Assembly (NCBI GenBank): GCA_963703225.1
Contig: OY969801.1
Coordinates: 1,632,001-1,696,000 of the forward strand
Reading direction: 5' to 3'
Origin: Candidatus Eiseniibacteriota bacterium
Lineage (GTDB): Bacteria; Eisenbacteria; RBG-16-71-46; SZUA-252
DNA: 64,000 nt
In this document: piece after piece, positions 40,525 to 50,802 of the stretch
How the letters are laid out: each line of letters opens with the position of its first letter
Numbering within the stretch: the first letter of the stretch is position 1
Program-made: the position numbers and the translations under genes
Notes under the pieces: model-generated
The model's database searches: none
The model's input: only the letters and a program-made list of their open reading frames with translations
Told to the model about the DNA's origin: nothing

Positions 40525-41636
40525 CAGCGTCTCGCCTTGGGGGCGGTCGTTTCCCGGGCCCGGGCGATGGCCCCCGCCAGGAGGAGACCGATCGGCTTGG
40601 CCGATGCCTGCTCCCGCACGGCGGCCCGCCCCGCATCTCCGATCCGCCGACTCCTTCCAGGATCGCTGGCCAATTCCTCGAGCGCCCGGGCGAGCGCGGG
40701 CGGATCGCCGGGCGGGACGAGCACCAAGTGCTCGCCGTCGCGAAAGAATTCCGCGACCGCCCTCGACCGGCGGGTCACGGTTGGAATCCCCATGGCCATC
40801 GACTGGTAGACCTTGTGGGGCACGACGCGCCCAGCCTTGGGCGTCGTGCCAAAGATTCCGAGTGCAAAGTCGGCGTTGGCCAGCGCATCGAGCGCATCTT
40901 CGTAAGGCGTGCGCGGCACTCTCCGAACCGAGGTCAAGCCGCGCGCGGCGATGTCACGCTCGGCGCGCGGCGCGGTCATCCCGTCGCCGATGAGCGTGAA
41001 GCGGGCAAACCGGGGCCCGTGCCGGGATTCGAGAAGCGCGGCGGCCTCCACGATGACGTCCACTCCGTGGAGCGGCAGGAATCCGCCAATGTAGACGACC
41101 TCGACGCGTCCCGGGGGTCTCTCGCCCGAACGTCTGCCTCCACGCTCGAACGCGCCCCGGTCCGCTCCAACCGGAACCCTCCAGAGTTTGGAGCGCGGCA
41201 CTCCGAACTCGGTTGAATAGAGATCGCCGTGTTCCCACGTGTCGCAGAGCACAAGGTCGGCGAGCGCGAGCGCGAAGCGATCGCTCATCCGAAGCCGGCC
41301 CGAAGCGAGGCCACCCGGACGAACCCGTCCCAGATCGCCGACCTGCGTGTCCCAACGGGAGACGAGCGGATCGAAGAGGACCGGCACGCCCGACGCGCGC
41401 CCGAGGGCCCAGGCGAGCGGCACGTCCCGGTGGCCGAACGCGGGCACGATCAGGGCGTCGAGCGAGCTCGCGGAGGCCGCCCACCGTCCGAGGAGCTTGG
41501 CCTCGCGCACGACCGCCGGCGCGCGGGGCGGAACGTCGATGAGCCTGACGTCGATCCCCGATGATTCGAGCCCCTCGCGCAGGACCAGGTTTCGGGGATA
41601 CGAGGGGTCGAAGCCGCCGAAGAGCGCGACCCTCAC
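40524..41636 (-). CDS. GT4-like glycosyltransferase
   Basis: YPRN, GFLPLHG, LGIFG...VVPHKVYQSMAMG, GDPPALA. Confidence 0.85.
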   Translation of the reverse strand: MRVALFGGFDPSYPRNLVLREGLESSGIDVRLIDVPPRAPAVVREAKLLGRWAASASSLDALIVPAFGHRDVPLAWALGRASGVPVLFDPLVSRWDTQVGDLGRVRPGGLASGRLRMSDRFALALADLVLCDTWEHGDLYSTEFGVPRSKLWRVPVGADRGAFERGGRRSGERPPGRVEVVYIGGFLPLHGVDVIVEAAALLESRHGPRFARFTLIGDGMTAPRAERDIAARGLTSVRRVPRTPYEDALDALANADFALGIFGTTPKAGRVVPHKVYQSMAMGIPTVTRRSRAVAEFFRDGEHLVLVPPGDPPALARALEELASDPGRSRRIGDAGRAAVREQASAKPIGLLLAGAIARARETTAPKARR

Positions 41637-42418
41637 CGATCCTCTCCCGACCCGCGGCCCCTCTCCCGGGGCCGGACTTCGTCCTCCCATCTTCGGGCGT
41701 ACTTGGTAAAGACGGAGAACGCGGCCAGCATGCAGAGAACGATCCCGCTCCGCCCTTCGCGGAATCCGCCCTCGAGGATGTACATGCGCAGGAACCGAAG
41801 CCACGGGCGAAAGAGGAGCCGGCCTCCTGAGGCGCGAATGCCGCGTTGTTTCAAATCGGCCGCCGACCACCGCGTATAGCGTCCGAATTTCTCGAAATAC
41901 TGATCGAGATCGCGGTAGGTCTCGTGGACGAGTCGCTCGCGGAGCGAGCCGACGCGGCCGTCGATGCGAACCTCCGCGTGGACGTGGAGGGGTTGGTAGG
42001 CACCCTTGGTTCGGTCGAAAAGCCGGAGCACCTTGTCCCTCTGCCAGCCCGCCGACCGGATGGGACGCCCCAGAAAGTGATTCGCCCGGTGAATCCAGTA
42101 GCCGTCGGCGCGGCTCGGATCTTCCAACACACGCTCGATCTCGGCGCGAAGCGGCGGCGTCACGCGCTCGTCGGCGTCGACGATCAAGACCCACCGGTGC
42201 TTGAGCTGCGGCAGGGCCCAGTTCTTCTGGGCCGCAGAGTTGACGTACTCGTGCTCGAGCACGCGGTCGGCGATCGATCGCGCGATCGAGATGGTCTCGT
42301 CGACGCTCCCCGAGTCGACCACGACGACCTCGTCGGCCCAGCGGACCGAGTCGAGGCAGGCGTGGATATTCGACCCCTCATTCTTCGTCGGTACCAGAAC
42401 GCTCAGCGGCTCGCGCAC
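41633..42418 (-). CDS. GT2 glycosyltransferase (WaaE/KdtX-like)
   Basis: TKNE, VDSGSVDET, DADE, HVHAE. Confidence 0.9.
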   Translation of the reverse strand: MREPLSVLVPTKNEGSNIHACLDSVRWADEVVVVDSGSVDETISIARSIADRVLEHEYVNSAAQKNWALPQLKHRWVLIVDADERVTPPLRAEIERVLEDPSRADGYWIHRANHFLGRPIRSAGWQRDKVLRLFDRTKGAYQPLHVHAEVRIDGRVGSLRERLVHETYRDLDQYFEKFGRYTRWSAADLKQRGIRASGGRLLFRPWLRFLRMYILEGGFREGRSGIVLCMLAAFSVFTKYARRWEDEVRPRERGRGSGEDR

Positions 42419-43473
42419 GGGACCTCCTTCGCGGGAGCTTTCAGGATCCGCCGTGCGGCGGCGACCACCCGCTCCACCGAAACGTCTCGCATGCACCGCA
42501 TGTGGCGGTCTCCAGGCAACGGACAAACATTGGCGTTGCAGTGGAGGCACTCGAGACCGTCGGCTTCCAGCAAAGCGTGGGGGCCTTCCGGCGGATGCCA
42601 CGTGGTGGGGTGGGTCGGACCAAAGAGTGTAACCGTGGGAACGCCGAGCGCCACCGCGAGGTGCTTGGGGCCTGAGTCGTTTCCCACCCAGAGCGCGCAC
42701 CGTCCCAGGAGCGCCCCCAGCTCCTGCCACCCCGTCTCGGGCGCGAGAAACGAGGGAGCGCGCATGCGCGCGCGGCAGGCTTCGACCGCCTCCCGCTCGC
42801 CGGGACCCCAGCACCAGATCGCCTCGCCAACGTCCGCGAGGGCATCCATCACGGCGGCGAAGCGCTCGGGCTCCCAGGTCTTGGCGGGCCAGGACCCGGT
42901 CGGAAGGCAGGCGATCAGGGGGCGCCCGGGGGCGATCCCTGCCGCCGCGCGCCACCGCTCGATTGCCTCCTCGGCCCCGCTCGAGACCCGAACTGTGAGC
43001 GAGAGACCCCGCGGGGCAATCCCCAGCGCGCGGACAAAGTCGAGCGCGGCCTCGGGGGCGTAGCGAAGAAGCGGCCCATCCGGCCCCATCGGCTCACGTG
43101 AGAGAGCCACGGTGTACGCCCAGCTCCGTCCCCTCAGCCGATAGCCCATCCGGACCCTCGCGCGCGTCAGGGCGGTCATCAAGGCGCTACGTGGATTCGA
43201 GACCAGATCGAGAACCACGTCGTAGCCGCCGCGCAGGAGCCGGACGTAGAGGGCTGCCTGAGACGCGAGCGACCTCGGGTCAAAATCGATAATCCGATCG
43301 ACGTCTGGGTTCCCTTCGAGGATTCCGCGAAATGCGCGCGAGGTGAGGACGTCGATCGCCGTGCCCGGCAGCCCCGCCCGGAGCGCGCGAAGCGCGGGGG
43401 TGGTGAGCAGCAGATCGCCGCCCGCGCGGTGGCGGATGACCAAGAGGCGGCGGACCGGCTCAGGCGGTGGCAA
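42403..43473 (-). CDS. GT9 heptosyltransferase family protein
   Basis: GDLLLTTP, WPAKTW, GNDSGPKHLAVALGVPTVTLFGPT. Confidence 0.92.
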   Translation of the reverse strand: MPPPEPVRRLLVIRHRAGGDLLLTTPALRALRAGLPGTAIDVLTSRAFRGILEGNPDVDRIIDFDPRSLASQAALYVRLLRGGYDVVLDLVSNPRSALMTALTRARVRMGYRLRGRSWAYTVALSREPMGPDGPLLRYAPEAALDFVRALGIAPRGLSLTVRVSSGAEEAIERWRAAAGIAPGRPLIACLPTGSWPAKTWEPERFAAVMDALADVGEAIWCWGPGEREAVEACRARMRAPSFLAPETGWQELGALLGRCALWVGNDSGPKHLAVALGVPTVTLFGPTHPTTWHPPEGPHALLEADGLECLHCNANVCPLPGDRHMRCMRDVSVERVVAAARRILKAPAKEVPCASR

Positions 43474-44542
43474 CCGATCCCTCCACGTGGGCCAGCGCCC
43501 GCCCGGTGGCTCTCAGCGCTTCGGGGACTCCGATCCAGTCCATGCAATCCATCCGCGCGCATTCGTGGCGATGGCAGGGCCGACACCAGATCTCCTTGCA
43601 GAGGAGCTGATGACCCGCGCTGGAATCGTAGGGAAACCAGATCTCGGGCACCGTGGGCCCCAGAATACCGACGGTCGGGACGCCCGAGCGCGGGCCCCGC
43701 GTGGAGCGGGCTCCCGTCGTTCGTAACCAGCGCGTCGAGCGAGGCGACGACCGCGAAGTAGCGCCGAAGCGGAAGGCCGGATAGGACCGGCGCGTCCTGC
43801 CGTCCGGCCGGCCCCGCCCCCATGGCGACCCGTATGCGCCAGCGCCTCCTCCCCTGGACCCGCCAGGACGACCCCCCTCGCGCCGAGAGTCGAAAGCAGT
43901 CGAAGCAGCGCCTGGAACCTCTCCTCGGGCCATCGCTTGGCCGGCCACCGATTTCCCACGTGGAGCCCGACCCGTCGCCGGGCCCCCGGGAGGAGCCCGC
44001 TCCACGAGGGCGGCGCCTTCGCCCCGCTCCGCATCGCTCAAGTGGATACGCGGCGTCCCCTCCGCTGGGGATAGCCCCAGCGCCCGGAGCGCGAGCAGGT
44101 GATGGTCGACCGCGGGGTAGGGCTCGACGACCCGCGGGATCGCGTGCGTGTAGAGCGCGCCTCCGGACGCGGCGATCGGGCCCGACGCGGACCGGCGCCC
44201 CGGTCCAACGCGTGAGGAGCGCGCTCCTCGGATTCCCGTAGAGGTCGATGGCCCAGTCGTACCGCGCCGCGCGGAGCCGGACCAGGAGATCGGGCGGCGC
44301 CGGGAGACCCGGCCACGCGCTCGGCGCGAAGCTCATGACCCGGCGCATCGCCGGGTGGCCCAGCGCGGCCTGCGCGGGCGCCGATTCGGCCAGGTAGTCG
44401 ATCTCGGCATTCGGGAAAGCGCTCGCGGAGCGCGTCCACCAGCGGGAGGGAGAGGATGACGTCGCCGATCTGGCGTAGCCGCGATACGAGGATCCGCCGC
44501 GGCGTGCTCTGCGACGGAAGCCTCAGCGGCCGCGCGGCCCAT
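43460..44542 (-). pseudogene. second GT9 heptosyltransferase, split by at least 5 frameshifts (possibly sequencing errors)
   Basis: RQIGDVILSLP, DLYGNPRS, WPAKRW, NDGSPLH and GVPTVGILGPT are spread across changing frames; extra bases near 44414, 44157, 43997, 43836 and 43684; start unclear. Confidence 0.8.
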
Positions 44543-45044
44543 GAGAACCGCCGGAGCCCGATCCGGCTGTTTCCTGGATCCGCCGGATGACGTCGCTCGA
44601 TGCGTGTCCCTTCGGATCCCCCACGATCACCGTCCGAATGCCGAGCTCCCGCGCGACCGCGCGCTCCGGCACCGTCTCTTCCGTGTAGTCGGTCCCCTTG
44701 GCGTGGACCGCCGGCCGCAGCGATCGCAGAAGTCCCTCGACGTTGTCATCCTCGAACCAGGTCACCCAGTCGACGCACTGAAGCGCCGCGAGGATCTCGA
44801 GACGCTCGGCCAGGGGCACGATGGGCCGGCCCGCACCCTTGAGCCGGCGAGCGGAAGCGTCGGAGTTGACCGCCACGAGGAGGCGGCGGCCCGCGGCCTT
44901 CGCGCCCTCCAGGTATCGAACGTGACCGACGTGGAGCAGATCGAAGAGCCCGTTGGCGAGGACGAGACCCTCTCGCTCGCGCGGCTCCGAACGGAGCCGC
45001 TCCTCAGCAGGGCCGCCAGGTCGAGCGATCTTTTCCCGGCTCAC
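44523..45044 (-). CDS. HldE/RfaE domain II-like heptose-1-phosphate adenylyltransferase
   Basis: NGLFDLLHVGHVRYL, NSDAS..LKG.GRP, KGTDY. Confidence 0.9.
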   Translation of the reverse strand: MSREKIARPGGPAEERLRSEPREREGLVLANGLFDLLHVGHVRYLEGAKAAGRRLLVAVNSDASARRLKGAGRPIVPLAERLEILAALQCVDWVTWFEDDNVEGLLRSLRPAVHAKGTDYTEETVPERAVARELGIRTVIVGDPKGHASSDVIRRIQETAGSGSGGSHGPRGR

Positions 45045-46062
45045 AGGCGGACCCGCGGGACGGGATGGCGGTGAAGCGCGGCCGCTCGAGCTCGGCCCGG
45101 TCGACCGTCGCCGTCCCCCGCTTCATCACGACGACCGAGGCGGCATACGTCGCGAGGAGCGCCGCTTCGAGATGAGACGCGCCGGCGGCGAGCGCGAGGG
45201 CGGCCGCCGCGGAGACCGCGTCCCCCGCGCCGGTCACGTCGGCCACGTCCGAGGAGCCGACGATCGGGATCCGAGCGGGTCTTTGGCCCCGCTCGAACAG
45301 AAGCATGCCGTCGCTCCCCCGCGTGATCCAGACCCCGCGCGCCGAGGCGCGTCGGAGAAGCTCCTCCCCTGCCTTCCTCAGCGATCGAAGCTCCAGCGAC
45401 GGGAGGTGGAACGCTTCCTGGACCTCGTGCTCGTTTGGCGTGAGCAAGCTGGCACCCCGGAACGAGCGAAGCGCGTACCGCGAATCGACCACGACCGGGA
45501 TTTTGGCCCGCTTGGCCGCGTGAAGCGCGGCGGTTCGGATCGTGCGGCCGAGGGTGCCGTATCCGTAATCCGAGAGCAGCACCGCGCGGGCACCGCGCAG
45601 GGCGCGGACGGCGATTTGGGCGAGCACCCGCTCGGCGGCGGGCGTCCACGTCGACCGGCTGGCCCCGATCCAGACGCACGATCTGCTGCCGGGAGGTGTG
45701 GCTCGACCCGGCGAGGATCCGCGTCTTCACGATCGTCGCCGCGTCCCCGTCGCGCGTCAGCCATCGGCGATCGAGCCCGTGGGCGCGGAGCGCGCGGGCG
45801 AGCGCCGCTCCCGAGCGGTCGCGCCCACCCGTCCGACGAGCCGAGGGCTCCCGCCCAGGGAACGGACGTTCATCGCGGCGTTCGCCGCGCCGCCCGGCAC
45901 GGTCCGCTCCTCTTCGAACTCCAAGATCAGAACCGGCGCCTCGCGGGAAATTCGGGAGGATCGTCCCACCCAGTACCGGTCCAAGACCAGATCCCCGATC
46001 ACCGCGATCGGCTGCCTGGTCATCGCGTCCGCGATCTCGAGGAGCCGCTCCCGGTCGGGCAT
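45041..46062 (-). pseudogene. HldE/RfaE domain I-like heptose-7-phosphate kinase, frameshifted
   Basis: GDLVLD, RISREAPV, GGAANAA, KTRI, SDYGYG, TPNEHE and DVTGAGD are spread over three frames; shifts near 45826, 45641 and about 45080. Confidence 0.85.
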
Positions 46063-46070
46063 CGCGGGCT

Positions 46071-47228
46071 TCAACGCCGGCTCCTCGCCGCCGCGAGGTC
46101 GGCGATCCTGGCCCGCGCCCACCGATCGGCGGTCCAGAGCGGCTCGAGCGACGTGAGCGACGCGGGCTGGTGCTCGCTCAAGACCTCGTCGACCAGCCGC
46201 GTCAGGTCGTCGAACCCGATCGCACCCTTGAGGAAGAGCCGGACCGCCTCCTCGTCGGCCGCGTTCAGCACCGCGGGCGCGGTCCCTCCCATCGCGAGCG
46301 CCTTTCGCGCCAGCGAGAGCCCGGGGCAGCGCGCCGGATCGGGCGCCTCGAACTCGAGCCCCTGAAGCGACGCGACGTCGAGACGCGGCAAGGACGCGCT
46401 CCAGCGCTCCGGGTAACTCAGCGCGTAGAGGATCGGGAGGCGCATGTCGGGACGGGAGAGCTGCGCCACCGTCGAGCCATCCACGAATTCAACCATCCCG
46501 TGGACGATCGACTGCGGGTGGATGACCACCTCGATCCGCTCGGATGGAATCCCGAAGAGCCAGCGGGCTTCGATGATCTCGAATCCCTTGTTCACCAATG
46601 TGGCGCTGTCGACCGTGATTCGCTCCCCCATCGACCAGGTCGGATGCCGCAGCACCTCCTCGGGGGTCGCGCGATGAAGCGTCCCAGGATCCCGGCGCAA
46701 GAAGGGTCCTCCCGAGGCCGTCAGGATGAGCCGCCGAACGGAGTCGAACGGCTTGGCGCCGAGGAGCTGATGGAGGGCGCAGTGCTCCGAGTCGACCGGC
46801 ACCATCGTCCCGCCGTGCTCGCGGGCGATCGCGACCAGAAGCTCGCCGCCCAGCACGACCGATTCCTTGTTGGCGAGCGCGACGCGCTTTCCCGCTCGGA
46901 GCGCGGCGACCGTGGGAGATAACCCCGCGCTTCCGACGAGCGCGTTCAGGACCACGTCGACGCCGGGATCCTGGGCGAGCTGGGCCACTCCTTCCTCGCC
47001 CTCCAGGACCTCTCCTTTGAAGCGGCGCCGCGCCCGGGACGCGGCCTCGGGATCGGCGAGGGCGATCCGGGAAACGCCGAATTCCTCCGCCGCCCGGATC
47101 AGCGCCTCCTCGTTCCCGCGGGCGGAGAGGGAGACGAGGCGGATCCGGTCGCGGAATTCGCGCGCCAGCTCCAGAGCGGAGGCCCCGATCGAGCCGGTCG
47201 CCCCCAGGAGCGCCACCTGGATCGTCAT
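46071..47228 (-). CDS. dxr: 1-deoxy-D-xylulose-5-phosphate reductoisomerase
   Basis: LGATGSIG, LANKES, PVDSEH, TASGGPF, HPQSIVH. Confidence 0.97.
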   Translation of the reverse strand: MTIQVALLGATGSIGASALELAREFRDRIRLVSLSARGNEEALIRAAEEFGVSRIALADPEAASRARRRFKGEVLEGEEGVAQLAQDPGVDVVLNALVGSAGLSPTVAALRAGKRVALANKESVVLGGELLVAIAREHGGTMVPVDSEHCALHQLLGAKPFDSVRRLILTASGGPFLRRDPGTLHRATPEEVLRHPTWSMGERITVDSATLVNKGFEIIEARWLFGIPSERIEVVIHPQSIVHGMVEFVDGSTVAQLSRPDMRLPILYALSYPERWSASLPRLDVASLQGLEFEAPDPARCPGLSLARKALAMGGTAPAVLNAADEEAVRLFLKGAIGFDDLTRLVDEVLSEHQPASLTSLEPLWTADRWARARIADLAAARSRR

Positions 47229-48085
47229 GAGAGCACCCGGAAAATGAGGAAGTAATAGACGATCGGCGCCGTGAACAGGAGGCTGTCGAACCGGTCGAGG
47301 ACGCCCCCGTGTCCGGGGATCAGGCGGGAGGAGTCCTTGGTCTCGGCGTCCCGCTTGAGGAGCGACTCGACCAGGTCTCCCAGCTGCCCAAAGACGCCCA
47401 CCAGGAGCCCGAGCAGGACGGCGTCGATCGGGGCCAAGTAAGGCGCGAACCAGGCGCGCGCCCAGAACGCCGCGCCGATCGCGACCAAGAGCCCCGCGAC
47501 TCCTCCCTCGACCGACTTTTGGGGGCTGACCGAGGGCATCATCTTGGTTCTCCCGAACGCGCGGCCGACGCCGTAGGCGACCGTGTCGCACGTCCAGGTG
47601 AGAAAGAACGGGAGGAGCGCGAACGACATCCCCTCGGCGTAGGGCCGATGAAAGAGTCGGGGCAGCTCCCGGAGCAGGTCGAGGTGACAGCCGAGCCAAC
47701 CGATGTAGAGGACCCCGAGAAAGGTGGCCGCGCTGTTCGCGACAGCCTGCTTTCCCGCGCCCCGGCGCAGCTCGGCCAACAGAATCGCTCCGATCAGGAC
47801 CGTGAAGAAGGCGCCGCCATGCCACTCCTCGAGCCGGTGGGTCCGGGCCCTGAGGTAGCCCGCGATGGGCAGAAGGAGCACGGCGAACATGCCCGACTTC
47901 CAGTGCGGCGAGAGCCCCTTGGCCTCGAGGAGTGTGTAGAACTCCCGCAGTCCCAGGCCCACGACGAGAAGCGTGAAGAGGAGGTAGACGATGCCGCCCT
48001 GCCACGCCATGGCGACGAGGAGGGGAAGAAAGACGACGGCGCTCAGGACCCGCGCGGGAAGCGAAACGTCCTGGGCGCCGCTCAC
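47225..48085 (-). CDS. cdsA: phosphatidate cytidylyltransferase
   Basis: SPQKSVEG and GDLVESLLKRDAETKDS..LIPGHGGVLDRFD; start inferred. Confidence 0.95.
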   Translation of the reverse strand: MSGAQDVSLPARVLSAVVFLPLLVAMAWQGGIVYLLFTLLVVGLGLREFYTLLEAKGLSPHWKSGMFAVLLLPIAGYLRARTHRLEEWHGGAFFTVLIGAILLAELRRGAGKQAVANSAATFLGVLYIGWLGCHLDLLRELPRLFHRPYAEGMSFALLPFFLTWTCDTVAYGVGRAFGRTKMMPSVSPQKSVEGGVAGLLVAIGAAFWARAWFAPYLAPIDAVLLGLLVGVFGQLGDLVESLLKRDAETKDSSRLIPGHGGVLDRFDSLLFTAPIVYYFLIFRVLS

Positions 48086-48098
48086 CGCCTGTCCCCCG

Positions 48099-48845
48099 TC
48101 AATCCGCGCGGCCGAAACGACGACTCCGGTGCTGGAAGTCATGGACCGCCTCGTAGAGATGTTTCCTCCGGAAGTCGGGCCACAGCGTGTCGGTGACCCA
48201 GAATTCGGAATAGGCGGCCTGCCAGAGGAGGAAGTTGGAGATCCGAAGCTCTCCGCTGGTGCGGATCAGAAGGTCCGGATCGGGGAGCCCGTTGGTGTCG
48301 AGGCGATGCCGGAAGAACTCCTCGTCGATCTTGCCGAGCGGGATTCGCCGCTCCCGATCGGCGGTCACGATCCGCCTCGCCGCGTCGACGATCTCGGCGC
48401 GGCCGCCGTACGAGAGAGCCAGCACCAGGGTGAGCCCGGTCGAGGCCGAGAGAAACTCGCGCGTGTCGTTGAGGATCTTCTGGCTGTGCTCCGGCAAGAG
48501 GTCCACCCGCCCGATGGTACGGAGCTGGACGTTGTTCCGTTTCAGCTCCTCCCTCTCGTCCTTGAGCACCTGCTCGAGGATCCGCATCAGCCCTCGAACC
48601 TCGCGCGGGGTGCGCTCCCAATTCTCGAGGGAGAACGTGTAGAGGGTGAGAACCTTGACCCCCAGCTCCACGCACCCCTCCACCGCCTCGCGGACCGCGC
48701 GGCGCCCCGCCTGGTGACCCATGAGGCGCGGGAGCCCGCGACGCTTGGCCCACCGGCCGTTCCCGTCCATGATGATCGCGATGTGCGCCGGCACGGGCCG
48801 CCGTTGGATCTGGTCGAGCGTGGGACTCTTGGCGGAGAGGCTCAT
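48099..48845 (-). CDS. uppS: undecaprenyl diphosphate synthase
   Basis: HIAIIMDGNGRWA, FSLENW, RTSGELRISNFLLWQ. Confidence 0.97.
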   Translation of the reverse strand: MSLSAKSPTLDQIQRRPVPAHIAIIMDGNGRWAKRRGLPRLMGHQAGRRAVREAVEGCVELGVKVLTLYTFSLENWERTPREVRGLMRILEQVLKDEREELKRNNVQLRTIGRVDLLPEHSQKILNDTREFLSASTGLTLVLALSYGGRAEIVDAARRIVTADRERRIPLGKIDEEFFRHRLDTNGLPDPDLLIRTSGELRISNFLLWQAAYSEFWVTDTLWPDFRRKHLYEAVHDFQHRSRRFGRAD

Positions 48846-48874
48846 CAGATTCGAGGCGTGGGAAGCGAAGTCGG

Positions 48875-49432
48875 TCAGACCTCCATGACTTCGGCCTGCT
48901 TCTTGTGAAACAAGTCGTCCAGGAGTGCGATGTATCGGTCGGTCAGCTTCTGGATCTCCGTCTGGGTCTTCTTGCTGTCATCTTCCGAGATTTTGTGTTC
49001 CCGTTCCAGCTTTTTCAGTTCGTCGTTGGACTCGCGCCGGATCGTCCGGACGCGCACCCGGCCATCCTCCACGATCTTGCCCAGGACCTTCACCAGATCC
49101 TTCCTCCGCTCCTCGGTGAGGGGCGGAAGTGCCAGCCGGACGACCGTACCGTCGTCGACCGGGTTCAGCCCGAGGTCGGATTTCTGGATCGACTTCACGA
49201 TCTCCGGCAGGACCGAACGCTCCCAGGGCTGGATGACCAGGAGCCTGGCCTCCGGCGCGCTGACGCTGGCGACCTGCTGGAGCGGCACCGGGTTTCCGTA
49301 GTATTCCACGCGGATTCCGTCCAAGAGCGACGTCGTCGCCTTGCTCGTGCGGATCGTCGCGACCTCGTGCCGGATGGTGTCGACCGCTTTCTTCATCCGG
49401 TCCTCGGCGCCCTTCACATGCTTTGGGTCCAT
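48875..49432 (-). CDS. frr: ribosome recycling factor
   Basis: SDLGLNP and PPLTEERRKDL; position after pyrH. Confidence 0.97.
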   Translation of the reverse strand: MDPKHVKGAEDRMKKAVDTIRHEVATIRTSKATTSLLDGIRVEYYGNPVPLQQVASVSAPEARLLVIQPWERSVLPEIVKSIQKSDLGLNPVDDGTVVRLALPPLTEERRKDLVKVLGKIVEDGRVRVRTIRRESNDELKKLEREHKISEDDSKKTQTEIQKLTDRYIALLDDLFHKKQAEVMEV

Positions 49433-49433
49433 C

Positions 49434-50153
49434 CTAGACCTCCACGGCCACGCGTGTACCCACCGTTTCCCCGCGGAGCGCCCGGGCCAGATTCCCCGGA
49501 ACGGTCACGTTGAAGACCACGATGGGTAGCCGGTTCTCCATGCCCATGGTGAACGCTGTTTGGTCCATCACGCTCAGCCGCCGCTCGATGGCCTCGCGAT
49601 AGCGCAGCACCTCGAAGAGGGTGGCGGCGGGATTTCGCCGAGGATCCTCGCTGAAGACGCCGTCCACCTTGGTCGCCTTGAGGAGCACGCTCGCCCCGAT
49701 CTCAACCGCGCGAAGCACCGCGGCGGTGTCGGTGGTGAAGTAGGGGTGGCCCGTCCCGGCGGCCAGGATCACGATCCGAGCCTTTTCCAGGTGGCGCACC
49801 GCGCGCCTCCGGATGTACGGCTCGGCGAGCGTCCGCATCTCGATCGCGCTCAGAACGCGCGTCGTCATGCCGCGGTGCTCCAGCGCGTCTTGAAGCGCCA
49901 GCGCGTTGATCACGGTGCCGAGCATGCCCATGCTGTCGGCGGTGGTCCGGTCCAGCTCGTCTCCGGCGGCGGCGGTCCCTCGAATGATGTTGCCGCCCCC
50001 GATCACGATCCCGATCTCCACGTGCGCGTCGTGCCCTTCGCGAATTTCGTCCGCGATTCGCCCCAGCGCCGCGGCGTCGATGCCCTTGCCCGCCTCGCCG
50101 GCCAATATTTCCCCGCTCAGCTTGACGAGGACGCGCCGGCGCTGCTTGTCCAT
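49434..50153 (-). CDS. pyrH: UMP kinase
   Basis: KLSGE, GGGNIIRG, PYFTTDTAA, DGVF. Confidence 0.97.
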   Translation of the reverse strand: MDKQRRRVLVKLSGEILAGEAGKGIDAAALGRIADEIREGHDAHVEIGIVIGGGNIIRGTAAAGDELDRTTADSMGMLGTVINALALQDALEHRGMTTRVLSAIEMRTLAEPYIRRRAVRHLEKARIVILAAGTGHPYFTTDTAAVLRAVEIGASVLLKATKVDGVFSEDPRRNPAATLFEVLRYREAIERRLSVMDQTAFTMGMENRLPIVVFNVTVPGNLARALRGETVGTRVAVEV

Positions 50154-50158
50154 GAGGG

Positions 50159-50755
50159 TCAGGCGTCTCCGATGCGGTACTTGGTAAACCGCCGCACGAC
50201 GATGTTCTCTCCCAATTTGGCGATCGCCTGGTCAAGCAGGTCCTTCACCTTGCGGCCGGGATCCTTGATGAAGGGCTGTTCCAGAAGGGCGATCTCCTCG
50301 TAGAGCTTCTCGATCCGGCCGTCGACGATCTTCTGGAGCACGGCCTCGGGCTTGCCCGACGCCTTGGCCTGCTCCATGAGGATGGCCCGTTCCCGCGCCA
50401 GGAGGGCGGGATCGATCGCCGCGCGATCGACAGCCTGAGCGTTTGTCGCGGCCACCTGCATGGCCAGATTCCGCACCAGATCCCGGAAGTCATCGGTCCG
50501 CGCGACAAAGTCGGTCTCGCAGTCCACCTCGATCAAGACCCCGATCTGATCCCCGGGGTGTATGTAGGCGTGGACGATGCCCTCGCGCGCCTCGCGGCCC
50601 GCTTTGGATGACGCGCGCGCCATCCCCGATTTGCGGAGGACGTCGATCGCCTGTTCGATATTGCCGCTCGCCTCGGAGAGGGCCTTCTTGCATTCCATCA
50701 TGGCCGCGCCGGTCCGCTCGCGCAGCTCCTTGACGAGCGAGGCGGTGATCGTCAT
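50159..50755 (-). CDS. tsf: elongation factor Ts (short form)
   Basis: VKELRERTGAAMMECKKAL and CETDFVA. Confidence 0.97.
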   Translation of the reverse strand: MTITASLVKELRERTGAAMMECKKALSEASGNIEQAIDVLRKSGMARASSKAGREAREGIVHAYIHPGDQIGVLIEVDCETDFVARTDDFRDLVRNLAMQVAATNAQAVDRAAIDPALLARERAILMEQAKASGKPEAVLQKIVDGRIEKLYEEIALLEQPFIKDPGRKVKDLLDQAIAKLGENIVVRRFTKYRIGDA

Positions 50756-50802
50756 TCCCTTACTCCTTCCTTCGATTGCATTCGGGTTCGAGCCGGGCCG
50801 GG

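Noticed and set aside
50159..50755. EF-Ts looks truncated at 198 aa
   Set aside because: The short EF-Ts form is well known in several phyla and the ORF is complete.
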